Of a stretch of DNA of 64,000 nucleotides, positions 9,802 through 19,173 are shown one piece after another (position 1 is the stretch's first letter; every line of letters starts with the position of its first letter). A program made the translations under genes and the position numbers. This DNA is from an uncultured Gemmatimonadales bacterium (GTDB lineage: Bacteria > Gemmatimonadota > Gemmatimonadetes > Longimicrobiales > RSA9). The DNA lies in the NCBI GenBank assembly GCA_963798845.1, contig CAWCUS010000006.1, positions 384,001 to 448,000 on the forward strand, given 5' to 3'. A model generated the notes under the pieces. The model did no database searches, was not told the origin of the DNA, and saw only the letters and a program-made list of their open reading frames with translations.

Positions 9802-10940
9802 GCGGAGCGGCGGGAAGCGCGGTGCTGGTGGCACCCGCCAGAGACAGGGCAACCCGGGAGCGTTTCATACGCTTCCCGTGGAAGGTGTACGCCGGCGACC
9901 CGGCGTGGGTTCCGCCGCTCCTGGCCGATGTCCGCAAGCTGCTCGACCCTGCACACCCGTTCCATCAGCACGCCGACTCGGAGTTCTTCCTGGCGCTGCG
10001 CGACGGGGATGTCGTGGGCCGCATCGCCGCGGTCGTGAATCACGTGTACAACGATTTCCACGAGACCCGGACCGGATTCATCGGGCTGTTCGAGTCGGTG
10101 GACGACGATGCGGTTGCGGGCGCGCTGCTGGACACCGCCGCGGACTGGCTCGTGGCGCGCGGGATGAGCGAGGTGATCGGGCCGTTCAACCTCTCCACGA
10201 ACGACGAGCTCTACTCGCCCGGGATCCTGCTGGACGCCTTCGAGCGGCCTCCGGTCCTCCTGATGGCGCACAACCCGCCGTACTACCGCCGCCTGTTCGA
10301 GGCCGCAGGATGGGAAAAGCAGCGGGACCTGCTGGCGTACTGGCTGGATGGAGAGGAGCTTCCGAAGCGCCTGGTCCGGGGCGTGGAGCGGCTGACGGGC
10401 AGCATCGAGGGTCTCGAGGTCCGGCAGCTGGAGATGAAACGGCTCGACCGCGAGGTGGAGCTGATCAAGGACGTCTACAACAGCGCGTGGCAGCGGAACT
10501 GGGGCTTCGCGCCGCTGACCGATGCGGAGATCCAGCACCTCGCCCACGACCTGAAGCCGATCGTCGACCCGCGCTTCGCCCTCATCGCCGAGGTGCGTGG
10601 CGAGCCCGTGGGCTTCGCCCTCGCCCTTCCCGATTTCAACCAGGCGCTCAAGCACGTCAACGGGCGCCTCTTTCCGATCGGGATCTTCAAGCTGCTCTGG
10701 TACCGACGACGCATCGATCGCGTCCGCGTCTTCACGCTCGGGCTCAAGCCCGAGTACCAGCGGCGGGGCATCGACGCGCTGTTCTACCTGCGCATCTACG
10801 AGAACGGGTTTGCGGCCGGAATCCACAAGGCCGAAGCTTCGTGGATCCTGGAGGACAACTGGGGCATGCGCCGGGGGCTCGAGCGCATGGGCGCGTACGT
10901 GTACAAGACCTATCGCGTCTACGGTCGCGCCCTCGCCTGA
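9798..10940 (+). CDS. GNAT-fold protein; candidate bacterial ceramide synthase (bCerS-like)
   Basis: DPAWVPPL, VGRIAA, GPFNLSTNDE, AHNPPYY, NWGFAPLT, ALPDFN and EASWILEDN..M motifs; GTGA overlap with spt. Confidence 0.75.
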   Translation: MSGAAGSAVLVAPARDRATRERFIRFPWKVYAGDPAWVPPLLADVRKLLDPAHPFHQHADSEFFLALRDGDVVGRIAAVVNHVYNDFHETRTGFIGLFESVDDDAVAGALLDTAADWLVARGMSEVIGPFNLSTNDELYSPGILLDAFERPPVLLMAHNPPYYRRLFEAAGWEKQRDLLAYWLDGEELPKRLVRGVERLTGSIEGLEVRQLEMKRLDREVELIKDVYNSAWQRNWGFAPLTDAEIQHLAHDLKPIVDPRFALIAEVRGEPVGFALALPDFNQALKHVNGRLFPIGIFKLLWYRRRIDRVRVFTLGLKPEYQRRGIDALFYLRIYENGFAAGIHKAEASWILEDNWGMRRGLERMGAYVYKTYRVYGRALA

Positions 10941-10955
10941 GTCCCGCCCGCCCGT

Positions 10956-11732
10956 GTGTCACGGCCGTCGCAGTCCACAGCCGTGAGACGCGCCGCCACT
11001 GCGGTGGCCGCCGCGCTGCTTCTGGCACTCACGGCTGGCGCGTGGCTCGTCCTCGGCGGCCTGGACTGGCCCGCCCGCGCATTCACGGCGGCGCTGCTCG
11101 TCCCGATCCCGGCCGCCCTCGGCCTCCAGGCCCTCCTGCTCGACCAGCTCCCCGCTGAAGAGGCTCGCGAGTCCGTCTACACCTCGTCGGCCGCGTCCAT
11201 ATGGGTGCTCGCGGGCGCTGCCATGCTGGCCGCACGCTTCAGCGAATTCACGCGCGCCGAGCTCTGGCTCAGCGCCGCTCCGCCCGGGATCACGGCCCTT
11301 GCCGCAGCCGGCGCCTTCGGCGCGGGCATCGGCATCATGGTCATTGCGCGGCTGCTCCGCTTCCCCGAGCCCGAAATCGTCTCGTATCTGATCCCGCGCT
11401 CCACGAGCGAGAAGATCGCGTTCACCGGGCTGTCCATCTCCGCCGGCATCGCGGAGGAGCTGGTGTTCAGGAGCTTCCTGATGGCGGCACTGGCGCGCGC
11501 CTTCGGGTCGCTGCCCCTGGCCGTGGCCGCCAGCATCGCCGTCTTCTCGGTGGCTCACGCGTACCAGGGCTGGCGGGGGCTCGCCCAGGTGGCGCTGCTC
11601 GCCGGCATTCTCACCGCCCCGCTGCTCCTGACCGGGAGCGTCTACCCGGCCATGGCCGCGCACGCGGCGCTGGACATCGCTGCCGGCCTCTTCCTCCACC
11701 CCTTGCTCGAGCCGGAAGCGCCACGGGATTGA
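10956..11732 (+). CDS. CPBP (CAAX/Abi) intramembrane glutamic endopeptidase
   Basis: AGIAEELVFRS, FSVAHAYQG and AMAAHAALD motifs; multiple TM helices. Confidence 0.9.
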   Translation: MSRPSQSTAVRRAATAVAAALLLALTAGAWLVLGGLDWPARAFTAALLVPIPAALGLQALLLDQLPAEEARESVYTSSAASIWVLAGAAMLAARFSEFTRAELWLSAAPPGITALAAAGAFGAGIGIMVIARLLRFPEPEIVSYLIPRSTSEKIAFTGLSISAGIAEELVFRSFLMAALARAFGSLPLAVAASIAVFSVAHAYQGWRGLAQVALLAGILTAPLLLTGSVYPAMAAHAALDIAAGLFLHPLLEPEAPRD

Positions 11733-12028
11733 CACGCCACAGCCGCCGCTGCCAGCTTCTGTGGTACCCACACCGCAACATCGTGAAAGAACGCAGCACG
11801 TTTTTTCCGGGCGCTCGTGCTCCCCACCGTGGAGATCGAGCTCTCTGTCCCTCCCGGAAGTTGGCTTTCTCCGGCAGATACTGGCCGGATTCAGCGGGTT
11901 CCCGCATCACATGTCGGCAGCGCCGCTCCTCCGTCGAGGTGTGCGGGGAACCGGGAACGGGCATTGCACGTACACACAGGCGGGCATGGGGTCGCCCGGG
12001 CGGGCGACGGCCGGAGAGGATCGAGGCC

Positions 12029-12445
12029 ATGATTCTGCGGATCTCGTACGAGGAAGTGACGGCACTGAATGCCGCTGCCGAGCGACTGCTGTCGTCGAGG
12101 TCCGGCGGAGGAGTCGTCGCGGCGCCGCCGGAGCTGCTGGCCGAGCTGGAGTCGAGGCTCCCGCTGCCCGGCGACATCTCGCTCGAGACCCTGGCGGAGC
12201 AGATGCGACTTTCGCGCGCACTGGACGTGGTGCAGGAGCATCTCAAGCGCCGGATGGACGCGCTGGTGATGGAGCAGTACGTGGGCTCCGACGACGCGGT
12301 CAACGCGTACTTCGACTACGCCCACCTTCTCACGGTCCGCTCGCGGCTGCGCGGCATCGGTCGCGAGATGGAGCTGATGATCGAGCTCATGACGGGCGAA
12401 TCGCCCACGCAGGACGTAGCGACGGACGTGACCTTCCCGGATTGA
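12029..12445 (+). CDS. hypothetical protein (helical)
   Basis: MILRISYEEV...TFPD; purine-rich RBS-like sequence upstream; codon usage typical of the window. Confidence 0.75.
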   Translation: MILRISYEEVTALNAAAERLLSSRSGGGVVAAPPELLAELESRLPLPGDISLETLAEQMRLSRALDVVQEHLKRRMDALVMEQYVGSDDAVNAYFDYAHLLTVRSRLRGIGREMELMIELMTGESPTQDVATDVTFPD

Positions 12446-12519
12446 CGGCCGGGCAGAAGCCGTGGAAAATGAGAGCGGCCGGACCAGCAGGGTCCGGCCG
12501 CTCCGTCATCGGGGAGGCA

Positions 12520-13269
12520 GTGATCGACACCACGACCGCCCGGCCGCCGGACCTCTCGCACGAAACAGTCTTCATCACCGGAGCGTCGCGTGGGCTCGGC
12601 GCCGCGCTCGCGCTCGCTTTCGCCCGCGCCGGTGCACGCCTGGTGCTGTGCGCGCGGGGGGAGGACGCGCTGGCCGACGCTGCAGGGCGAGCTGCAGGGG
12701 AGGGGTCGAGCGTGGAGTGGCGCGCGGCGGACGTGACAGATGAAGCGGCGGTGCGTGCGCTGGTCCTGGCGGCGGAGCAACGGCTCGGCCCGATCTCCGT
12801 GCTGGTGAACAACGCGTCGATGCTCGGATCCCGCGTCCCCTTGCGGGAACAGCGCCTCGCAGACTGGAGGCGGACGCTGGCCGTGAACGTCACGGGGACG
12901 CTCATCCCGGTCCAGGCTGTGCTGCCGGGGATGCGGCGTGCGGGCCGTGGCTCCATCATCAACGTCACGTCGGGAGTGGGGAACGTCGCGCGCAGGCGCT
13001 GGGGCGCATACGCCGTGGGGAAGTGGGCGGTGGAGGGGCTGACGTGGAACCTGGCGCTGGAAGAGGCTGAGGTCGGCATCCGGGTGAACGCGGTGGATCC
13101 GGGACGGCTGCGCACGGACATGCGCCGAGCCGCGTATCCGGAGGAGGATCCGGAGGACCCGGCGCCGCCGGAATCGGCCGTGGGCGTGTTCCTGTGGCTG
13201 GCCTCCAGCGCGTCGGCCGGGGTAACGGGCGAGCGCTTCCAAGCGCTCGAATGGAATCGACAGGGATGA
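12520..13269 (+). CDS. short-chain dehydrogenase/reductase (YciK-like)
   Basis: ITGASRGLG, VNNAS, WGAYAVGK and RTDMRRAAYPEED motifs; GGAGG RBS before GTG. Confidence 0.9.
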   Translation: MIDTTTARPPDLSHETVFITGASRGLGAALALAFARAGARLVLCARGEDALADAAGRAAGEGSSVEWRAADVTDEAAVRALVLAAEQRLGPISVLVNNASMLGSRVPLREQRLADWRRTLAVNVTGTLIPVQAVLPGMRRAGRGSIINVTSGVGNVARRRWGAYAVGKWAVEGLTWNLALEEAEVGIRVNAVDPGRLRTDMRRAAYPEEDPEDPAPPESAVGVFLWLASSASAGVTGERFQALEWNRQG

Positions 13270-13312
13270 CCAGGGACCCGCGCGGGTCCGAACTCGAACA
13301 GGAGACCGATCG

Positions 13313-13642
13313 ATGCGACGCCTTCACCTCCCGCTCGTCCTGCTTCTCGGCATCGCGGCCAGTGCGTGCACCCGTGGGGTGACGCTGAACCCCGAGCCGG
13401 AGACGACCTATGCCGTCAACGTGACCAACGACCTGGGCGAGGCGATGATCGTCTCCTTCGACGACGGGAGCGGCACCCGCCTCCTGGGCACCGTGGCGGC
13501 GGGGAACACGGAGCGCTTCGTCGTGGCGGGCAGCGCCAACCAGACGGTCTCGATCACGGCACGCAACGAGTCGGATTCGCGCACGGTGCGCCGGACCGTC
13601 ACGCTGGTACCGGGGGGCACAGTGGACGTGCGCTTGAATTGA
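13313..13642 (+). CDS. small beta-sandwich lipoprotein
   Basis: Lipobox AASAC; AGGAG RBS. Confidence 0.8.
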   Translation: MRRLHLPLVLLLGIAASACTRGVTLNPEPETTYAVNVTNDLGEAMIVSFDDGSGTRLLGTVAAGNTERFVVAGSANQTVSITARNESDSRTVRRTVTLVPGGTVDVRLN

Positions 13643-13714
13643 CTGGAGCGGAGCGAGAGGAGGGGAGGGGAGCTGCGGGCGCGCGGGTGCCCTGCCCCGC
13701 CGCCGGCCCCGCGC

Positions 13715-14803
13715 TCAGTCGCCGAAGGAGATTCCGAGGTCGCGGGCAGTCTGGACGATGTCCGAGTCCAGCGGCACGGCCTTGATCCGGGCGATCGCCT
13801 CCTCGAGCGGAACGGCGTGAACCTCCGGCGGATCGAGGGCCACCATCGTTCCGTACTTCTTCTCCTCCACGGCGCGGATGGCGGCCGCACCGAAGCGGAG
13901 CGCGATGAGCCGATCATAGGCGATCGGGGATCCGCCGCGCTGGAGGTGCCCGAGCACCAGGGAGCGCGTTTCCTTCCCTGTCTCGGCGGCGACATTGGCC
14001 GCCACCCGCTCCGCCATCCCGCCGTACCTCGCCGCACGACCTGGCCGCGCCTCTTCCACCAGCGCGGGCTCACCCTCAGCGGGGCGCGCTCCTTCCGCCA
14101 CCACGATGATGGTGAAGCGGCGCCCGCTGCGGTCGCGCTCACGGATCTTCTCGTACACGCGCTCCATCCGGAACGGGATCTCCGGAATGAGGATCACGTC
14201 CGCAGTGGCGCTTACGCCGGCGTAGAGGGCGATCCAGCCCGTGTTCCGGCCCATCAATTCCACGACCATGACGCGCTCGTGGCTTTCTGCCGTGGAGTGG
14301 AGCTTGTCGAGCGCTTCCGAGGCGGTCTGGACGGCCGTGTGGAAGCCGAACGCCACCTGGGTGGCCGAAAGGTCGTTGTCGATCGTCTTGGGCACGCCCA
14401 CCACGGGCATCCCCTTCTTGGCGAGGCTGTTGGCGATGTGCAGCGAGCCGTCACCGCCGATCGCGATGAGGGAGTCGAAGCCCCGACTGCGGAACGACTC
14501 GATGAGCTCGTCCGACCGGTCGACGGTGATCATGGTCCCGTCCGGCTGCTGCACCGGCCACTCGAAGGGGTTGCCGCGGTTGGTGGTCCCGAGGATCGTG
14601 CCGCCGAGATGGGTGATCCCCCGAACGGTTTCGGAGTCCAGGCGGATGATCGCCTCCTCGCCGAGCAGCCCACCGTACCCCTTCCGGATGCCGTGCACCT
14701 CCCAGCCGCGGTTCAGCGCGGACAGCACCGTCGCCCTTATGACTGCGTTCAGGCCCGGCGCGTCGCCGCCGCCCGTGCTGATCGCCACTCGTCGAAAGCT
14801 CAT
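13715..14803 (-). CDS. pfkA: 6-phosphofructokinase
   Basis: STGGGDAPGLNA, GGTILGT, IGGDGS, PKTIDND, ELMGR and LGHLQRGG motifs. Confidence 0.95.
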   Translation of the reverse strand: MSFRRVAISTGGGDAPGLNAVIRATVLSALNRGWEVHGIRKGYGGLLGEEAIIRLDSETVRGITHLGGTILGTTNRGNPFEWPVQQPDGTMITVDRSDELIESFRSRGFDSLIAIGGDGSLHIANSLAKKGMPVVGVPKTIDNDLSATQVAFGFHTAVQTASEALDKLHSTAESHERVMVVELMGRNTGWIALYAGVSATADVILIPEIPFRMERVYEKIRERDRSGRRFTIIVVAEGARPAEGEPALVEEARPGRAARYGGMAERVAANVAAETGKETRSLVLGHLQRGGSPIAYDRLIALRFGAAAIRAVEEKKYGTMVALDPPEVHAVPLEEAIARIKAVPLDSDIVQTARDLGISFGD

Positions 14804-14819
14804 GCCCCGCCCCCGTCGT

Positions 14820-15044
14820 TCACGTTCCCCCGAGAGCCGCCCGCACATCCTCCCACTCCGGGTGCCGTCCCGTCCTCTTCTTCGAATAGACCAGGTCCCC
14901 GTCCCGACGGACCTCGAACACGCCTCCGCGAGACTCGATCAGCTCCACGGTGGCATCGGGGAACTCCGCCTGGATCCGTGCCTCCAACCTGGAGGCTCGC
15001 GGCAAGTAGTTTCAGATGCCGCAGTATTCGATGCTGACGTGCAT
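14820..15044 (-). CDS. Rdx (SelW/SelT/SelH) family selenoprotein, CxxU
   Basis: GGAGG RBS, then ATG...IEYCGI-TGA-NYLPRA...GGVFEV..DG.LVYSK; in-frame TGA (15012-15014) sits at the second Cys position. Confidence 0.9.
14976..15002 (-). promoter_or_regulatory. putative bacterial SECIS hairpin
   Basis: mRNA CCG-CGA-GCCUCCA-GGU-UGGAGGC-A-CGG: a perfect 7-bp stem with G-led loop starting 15 nt after the UGA. Confidence 0.75.
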
Positions 15045-15179
15045 GAGACTGCCCTCCCGTTGCTGTGCCGGAGATAGGTTGCCGTTCCGACCGCTCGCGG
15101 GCAAGAAACGTACGTCGGGAAGGACGCAGCGGGCGTGTCCGGGCGGGCGGTGGGGCGCGGGGCGGGAAGGAGCGGCGGG

Positions 15180-16112
15180 TCACGCGTCGCCGGCGACGAG
15201 CATCTCGCCTTCCGTCGCGATGGCGAGCGACAGCCCCGATCCGCGGCGCTCCACGTCCGCCAGGAGCGCGTTCAGCACGTGGAGGAGCTCGTCGTCGCTT
15301 CGCTCGGGCGCGTGGTGGAAAAGGCAGAGCTTGCCCACGCCGGCGTCCTCGGCCAGGCGGACTGCCTGTGCGAAGGTGCTGTGCCCCCAGCCCTCGACGC
15401 TCCGGTACTCGGCGTCCGTGAACATGGCGTCGTGGAAAAGGATGTCCACCCCGTCGAGGAAGTCGACGAGACCCGGGTACCACCCCGGCCCATCCACCCG
15501 GTATCGCCCGCCCACCAGCTCATTGTCGGGTATGTAGGCCACTGCGGCCGACCCCGTCCGGATGCGGTAGCCGTACGTGTCTGCCGGGTGGCGGACCCGG
15601 TACGCGGCGACCTCCACGCCCCCGTCCCCCCACGCCTGTCGGGACAGGTGCTGGAAGGACAGGCTCGCGGCCAGCGATTCGTAGGGAACCGGGAAGTAGA
15701 CGGGGCCCATCTGCGCCTTGAGGAGCGTGGCAATGTCCAGCCCGTCCTGTGGTGCCGCGTGGACGCGGATGAAGCTCTCTGCCTCGTGCAGCGGGGCGAA
15801 GAAGGGGATGCCCTGGATGTGGTCCCAGTGGAAGTGGGTGAGGAAGAGGTCCACGTCCGTGACGCCGGGCTCCCGCACGAGCTCCCGGCCGAGGCCCCGG
15901 ATTCCGGTGCCGGCGTCGAAGATGTAGCGGCGCCCGGCCGCGCGGACCTCCAGGCATGGCGTGTTCCCGCCGAAGCGCACGGTGGCGGGACCCGGACTCG
16001 GGATCGACCCGCGTGTCCCCCAGCACGTCGCCCGTACGTCCGTGGCCTGAGCGGTTCCGGCTTCTGCGTCGGCGGAGGGGAGGGGGACCGGGGCTCTGGG
16101 GTCGCGATCCAT
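15180..16112 (-). CDS. MBL-fold metallo-hydrolase (RNase Z / cNMP phosphodiesterase-like)
   Basis: WGTRGSIP, GGNTPC, FDAGTG, THFHWDHIQG, WGHST and LFHHAP motifs; start uncertain. Confidence 0.88.
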   Translation of the reverse strand: MDRDPRAPVPLPSADAEAGTAQATDVRATCWGTRGSIPSPGPATVRFGGNTPCLEVRAAGRRYIFDAGTGIRGLGRELVREPGVTDVDLFLTHFHWDHIQGIPFFAPLHEAESFIRVHAAPQDGLDIATLLKAQMGPVYFPVPYESLAASLSFQHLSRQAWGDGGVEVAAYRVRHPADTYGYRIRTGSAAVAYIPDNELVGGRYRVDGPGWYPGLVDFLDGVDILFHDAMFTDAEYRSVEGWGHSTFAQAVRLAEDAGVGKLCLFHHAPERSDDELLHVLNALLADVERRGSGLSLAIATEGEMLVAGDA

Positions 16113-16305
16113 GCGGTCGATCGAGCGTGGGTGTGGACCGGCAAGAACGGGGAGGCGCGGCAGTTCGGGCACCATGAGCCGGTCGGGAGTGGCAAGATGA
16201 ACACACGCCGTAGCGCCGGCAAGTGACCGCTTCCCTTTTCCAGAACGTTGTTCGGGACGTAAATTCCCGACCTCTTCCCCGGAGTCCCATCCCGGAGGCG
16301 CGGTC

Positions 16306-17460
16306 ATGAGTGTTCAGACGGCCACGGAACACGTTGTGGAGGTCCTCGGCCGAGTGCCGTTTTTTCAGGGCCTTTCACGCTCAGACCTCGAGCGCATGGC
16401 CGACCTCGTTCAAACCCGCGACATCGCGGCCGCCGAATTCCTGTACCGGGAAGGGGATAGCGGCGACAAGCTGTACGTGGTGGTGCAGGGGGCTGTGGAG
16501 ATCCTCAGGGAGCGCCCTCTCGGCGACCACGAGCGCCTCGTGGTGGTGCGGCCCGGTGAGGCCTTCGGCGAGCTCTCCGTCCTGAGCGACGCGCCGCGTT
16601 CGACCTCCGCGCGCGCACTCCAGGAAACCCGGCTGTTGACCATGGCCCGGACCGAGTTCGTGCGCCTGCTCGGTGGCGAGTCGCTCAGCGTACGTCTCAT
16701 GCGCAGCCTGGCGCGGGCGCTCCGCTCGGCGGAGCGCCGCTTCACCGTCCGCGAAAGCGGCACGGGAACGGGCGCCACCGGACAGTTCGGCCAGGTCGTC
16801 CTCAACGGCCTCGAGCCAGCCGCCCCGCCACACGCCGCCGGCTACCAGATCGCCGGAGGGAGCGCGCGCAGCGAGGACGGCCCGGGCAGCGCGCTCTGGG
16901 ACGGCTTCGTCACGGGCGGTGGCCGCGCCATGGTCGCGCTCCTGGACGTTCAGGGCACCGGCCTTCCGCCGGCCTACCTCCTCGGTGTGACCCGTGCCAT
17001 TCTCCGCGAGCTGGCGCCGGAGCATCCTTTCGACGGCCTCGTCTCCCGCCTGAATGCGGCCACCTTTCGGAACCTCTTCGACGGCATGGACGAGTGCGTG
17101 GATGCGGCCGTCACGGAGGTGGCGAGCGGCCAGGTGCGGTGGAGCTGCGCCGGCAACCCGGCCGGCGTCCTCGTGCGCGCCGACGGCACGGTGGGCGCCG
17201 TGCCCTCCCACGGGCCGCCTCTCGGGATCGTGCCGAATTTCGTCTACGACACCACGCCTCTCCAGCTCGCCGCCGGTGACACGCTGGTCGCGTTCTCCAG
17301 CGCGCCCGCCGGGCTCGTGAAGGGCGCGGTCGAGCTGGTCAGAGAGCGACCGGACGCCAGCGCCGCGGACGTCGTGCGGCTCCTCGGCACGACCCTGCCC
17401 AGGATCGAGCTCAGGGGGGCTGCAGCGGACGTTGCGTTCCTCATCGTCCGGAAGCTATGA
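16306..17460 (+). CDS. cyclic-nucleotide-binding domain + SpoIIE/PP2C-like domain protein
   Basis: LYREGD.GD.LYVV..G.VEI, FGELSVL..APRSTSARA; C-terminal DVQGTG, CAGNP and GPPLG. Confidence 0.85.
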   Translation: MSVQTATEHVVEVLGRVPFFQGLSRSDLERMADLVQTRDIAAAEFLYREGDSGDKLYVVVQGAVEILRERPLGDHERLVVVRPGEAFGELSVLSDAPRSTSARALQETRLLTMARTEFVRLLGGESLSVRLMRSLARALRSAERRFTVRESGTGTGATGQFGQVVLNGLEPAAPPHAAGYQIAGGSARSEDGPGSALWDGFVTGGGRAMVALLDVQGTGLPPAYLLGVTRAILRELAPEHPFDGLVSRLNAATFRNLFDGMDECVDAAVTEVASGQVRWSCAGNPAGVLVRADGTVGAVPSHGPPLGIVPNFVYDTTPLQLAAGDTLVAFSSAPAGLVKGAVELVRERPDASAADVVRLLGTTLPRIELRGAAADVAFLIVRKL

Positions 17461-17480
17461 GCGCACGCCGGGGCGCTGCC

Positions 17481-17524
17481 GGCGAACGGCGCGGCTCCTG
17501 CGGGCGAACGGCGCGGCTCCTGCG
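17481..17524. repeat. perfect 22-bp tandem duplication
   Basis: GGCGAACGGCGCGGCTCCTGCG twice, intergenic. Confidence 0.9.
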
Positions 17525-17572
17525 GGGTACCCATGATCCCACGCCAACACTCATACGAAAGCCCGTGCCCGG

Positions 17573-17869
17573 ATGACTGACGAGAAGACCGTCATGAAGG
17601 CGCTCCGGAAGGTGAAGGACCCGGAGCTCAACCTGGACCTCGTGGTTCTCGGCCTGATCTACGGGGTGGACGTGCACGGCGAGCACGTGCACGTGAGAAT
17701 GTCGCTCACCACCCCCATGTGCCCCGCCGCAGACCAGATCCTCATGGACGCCAAGCGGGAGATCGAGGCGCTCGAGGGCGTCGACTACGCCGAGGTCGAG
17801 CTGACCTTCGACCCGCCCTGGAGCCCCGAGAAGATGGACCCGCTGATCCGGGCCTCGCTCGGCCTCTGA
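17573..17869 (+). CDS. DUF59 / SufT-like Fe-S cluster assembly protein
   Basis: VKDPEL...LGLIY, LTTPMCP and FDPPW motifs. Confidence 0.92.
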   Translation: MTDEKTVMKALRKVKDPELNLDLVVLGLIYGVDVHGEHVHVRMSLTTPMCPAADQILMDAKREIEALEGVDYAEVELTFDPPWSPEKMDPLIRASLGL

Positions 17870-17880
17870 CACCCTCGACG

Positions 17881-18723
17881 GTGCAACTGCGCTTCGATCG
17901 GGCGGGGCCCACGGAGGCGCCCCGGGGGTGCATCGTCTTCCTCCACGGGTTCCCCTTCGACGCGTCCGTCTGGAAGCACCAGCTGGACAGGCTCCCGCCC
18001 GGATGGCGGGCCCTCGCCCCCGACCTCCGCGGCTTCGGCTCGACGCCCATCGGAGACCTCCCCGGGGAGGTGTCCTCCGGCCGCAAGGCCGGTGGCGGCA
18101 TTGCCCGCGCCGACGAGCCCGTCCTCACCATGGACCGCCTGGCCGAGGACGTGGCCGCCCTCGTGCACGAGCAGGCCGCCGGGCCGGCCGTCGTGTGCGG
18201 ACTCTCCATGGGCGGATACGTCGCCTTCTCCCTCTGGCGACGCCACCCCGAGCTCGTCCGCGCACTCGTTCTCGCCGACACCCGCGCGGAAACCGACTCC
18301 GACGAGGCCCGCGAGAACCGGCGCCGCACCGCGCAGCTCACGCGCGACGACGGCGCCGCCGCCGCCGCCGCGTCCATGCTCACCAGCCTCCTCGCCCCCG
18401 GTACTCTGAGCAACGCCGCCGACGCGGTGGGCCACACGGAGGCGATGATCCTCAACACGACCCCCGCCACTCTCATCGCCGCTCTCGCCGGCATGGCCTC
18501 TCGCCACGACTCCACCCGCGATCTCGCCGGCATCACCGTGCCCACCCTCGTCCTGGTCGGTGAGCACGACTCCATCACCCCTCCTGACGTGGCCCGGTCC
18601 ATGGCCGAGGCCATTCCCGGTGCCGAGCTCGCCATCCTTCCCGACGCCGGCCACCTCGCCTGCCTCGAAAACCCACGCGCGTTCAACGCCGCCCTCTCGA
18701 CCTTCCTCGACCGCCTTCCCTGA
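17881..18723 (+). CDS. alpha/beta hydrolase
   Basis: FLHGFP, PDLRGFG, GLSMGG (nucleophile), GEHD and AGHL motifs. Confidence 0.92.
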   Translation: MQLRFDRAGPTEAPRGCIVFLHGFPFDASVWKHQLDRLPPGWRALAPDLRGFGSTPIGDLPGEVSSGRKAGGGIARADEPVLTMDRLAEDVAALVHEQAAGPAVVCGLSMGGYVAFSLWRRHPELVRALVLADTRAETDSDEARENRRRTAQLTRDDGAAAAAASMLTSLLAPGTLSNAADAVGHTEAMILNTTPATLIAALAGMASRHDSTRDLAGITVPTLVLVGEHDSITPPDVARSMAEAIPGAELAILPDAGHLACLENPRAFNAALSTFLDRLP

Positions 18724-18771
18724 CACAGCTGGCGGCCGAGCGCGGTTCAGCCGTCCTCACGCCTCCTTTTC

Positions 18772-18824
18772 CCCCTTGACATTCTACAGGAATGCGTCCC
18801 ACCTTCTTGTAGGATATCTAGGGG
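18772..18824. promoter_or_regulatory. promoter with imperfect inverted repeat, putative PadR operator
   Basis: CCCCTTGACATTCTACAGGA ... TCTTGTAGGATATCTAGGGG (16/20 complementary), including a perfect TTGACA at 18776-18781. Confidence 0.6.
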
Positions 18825-18840
18825 AATAACGGGGCTGAAC

Positions 18841-19173
18841 GTGGCGAAATCGAACGTGGATGTGCTGCAGGGGACGCTGGATCTGTTGATCCTGAAGGCG
18901 CTGTCGCTGGAGCCGATGCACGGGTGGGGTGTGGCGCAGCGGATCCAGCAGGTGTCGGAGGACGCGCTGCAGGTGAACCAGGGATCGCTGTACCCGGGGC
19001 TGCATCGGCTGGAGCAGCGTGGCTGGATCGCGTCCGAATGGGGGACGAGCGAGAACAACCGGCGGGCGAAGTACTACCGGCTGACGAAGACGGGGGAGCG
19101 GGAGCTCGGTCGCGAAGTCACGGCGTGGCGGCGCTTCTCGCGTGGCGTCGAGCTGGTGCTGGGGCTGGGATGA
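18841..19173 (+). CDS. PadR family transcriptional regulator
   Basis: LQGTLDLLILKAL...HGWG, GSLYPGLHRLE and SENNRRAKYY motifs. Confidence 0.95.
   Translation: MAKSNVDVLQGTLDLLILKALSLEPMHGWGVAQRIQQVSEDALQVNQGSLYPGLHRLEQRGWIASEWGTSENNRRAKYYRLTKTGERELGREVTAWRRFSRGVELVLGLG

Noticed and set aside
11733..12028. ncRNA or riboswitch in the ~300-bp intergenic gap
   Set aside because: A TTGACA is present at 11729, but there is no convincing -10 and no RNA family I can recognise.
17481..17524. CRISPR array
   Set aside because: Only two abutting 22-bp copies, no spacers, no cas genes.
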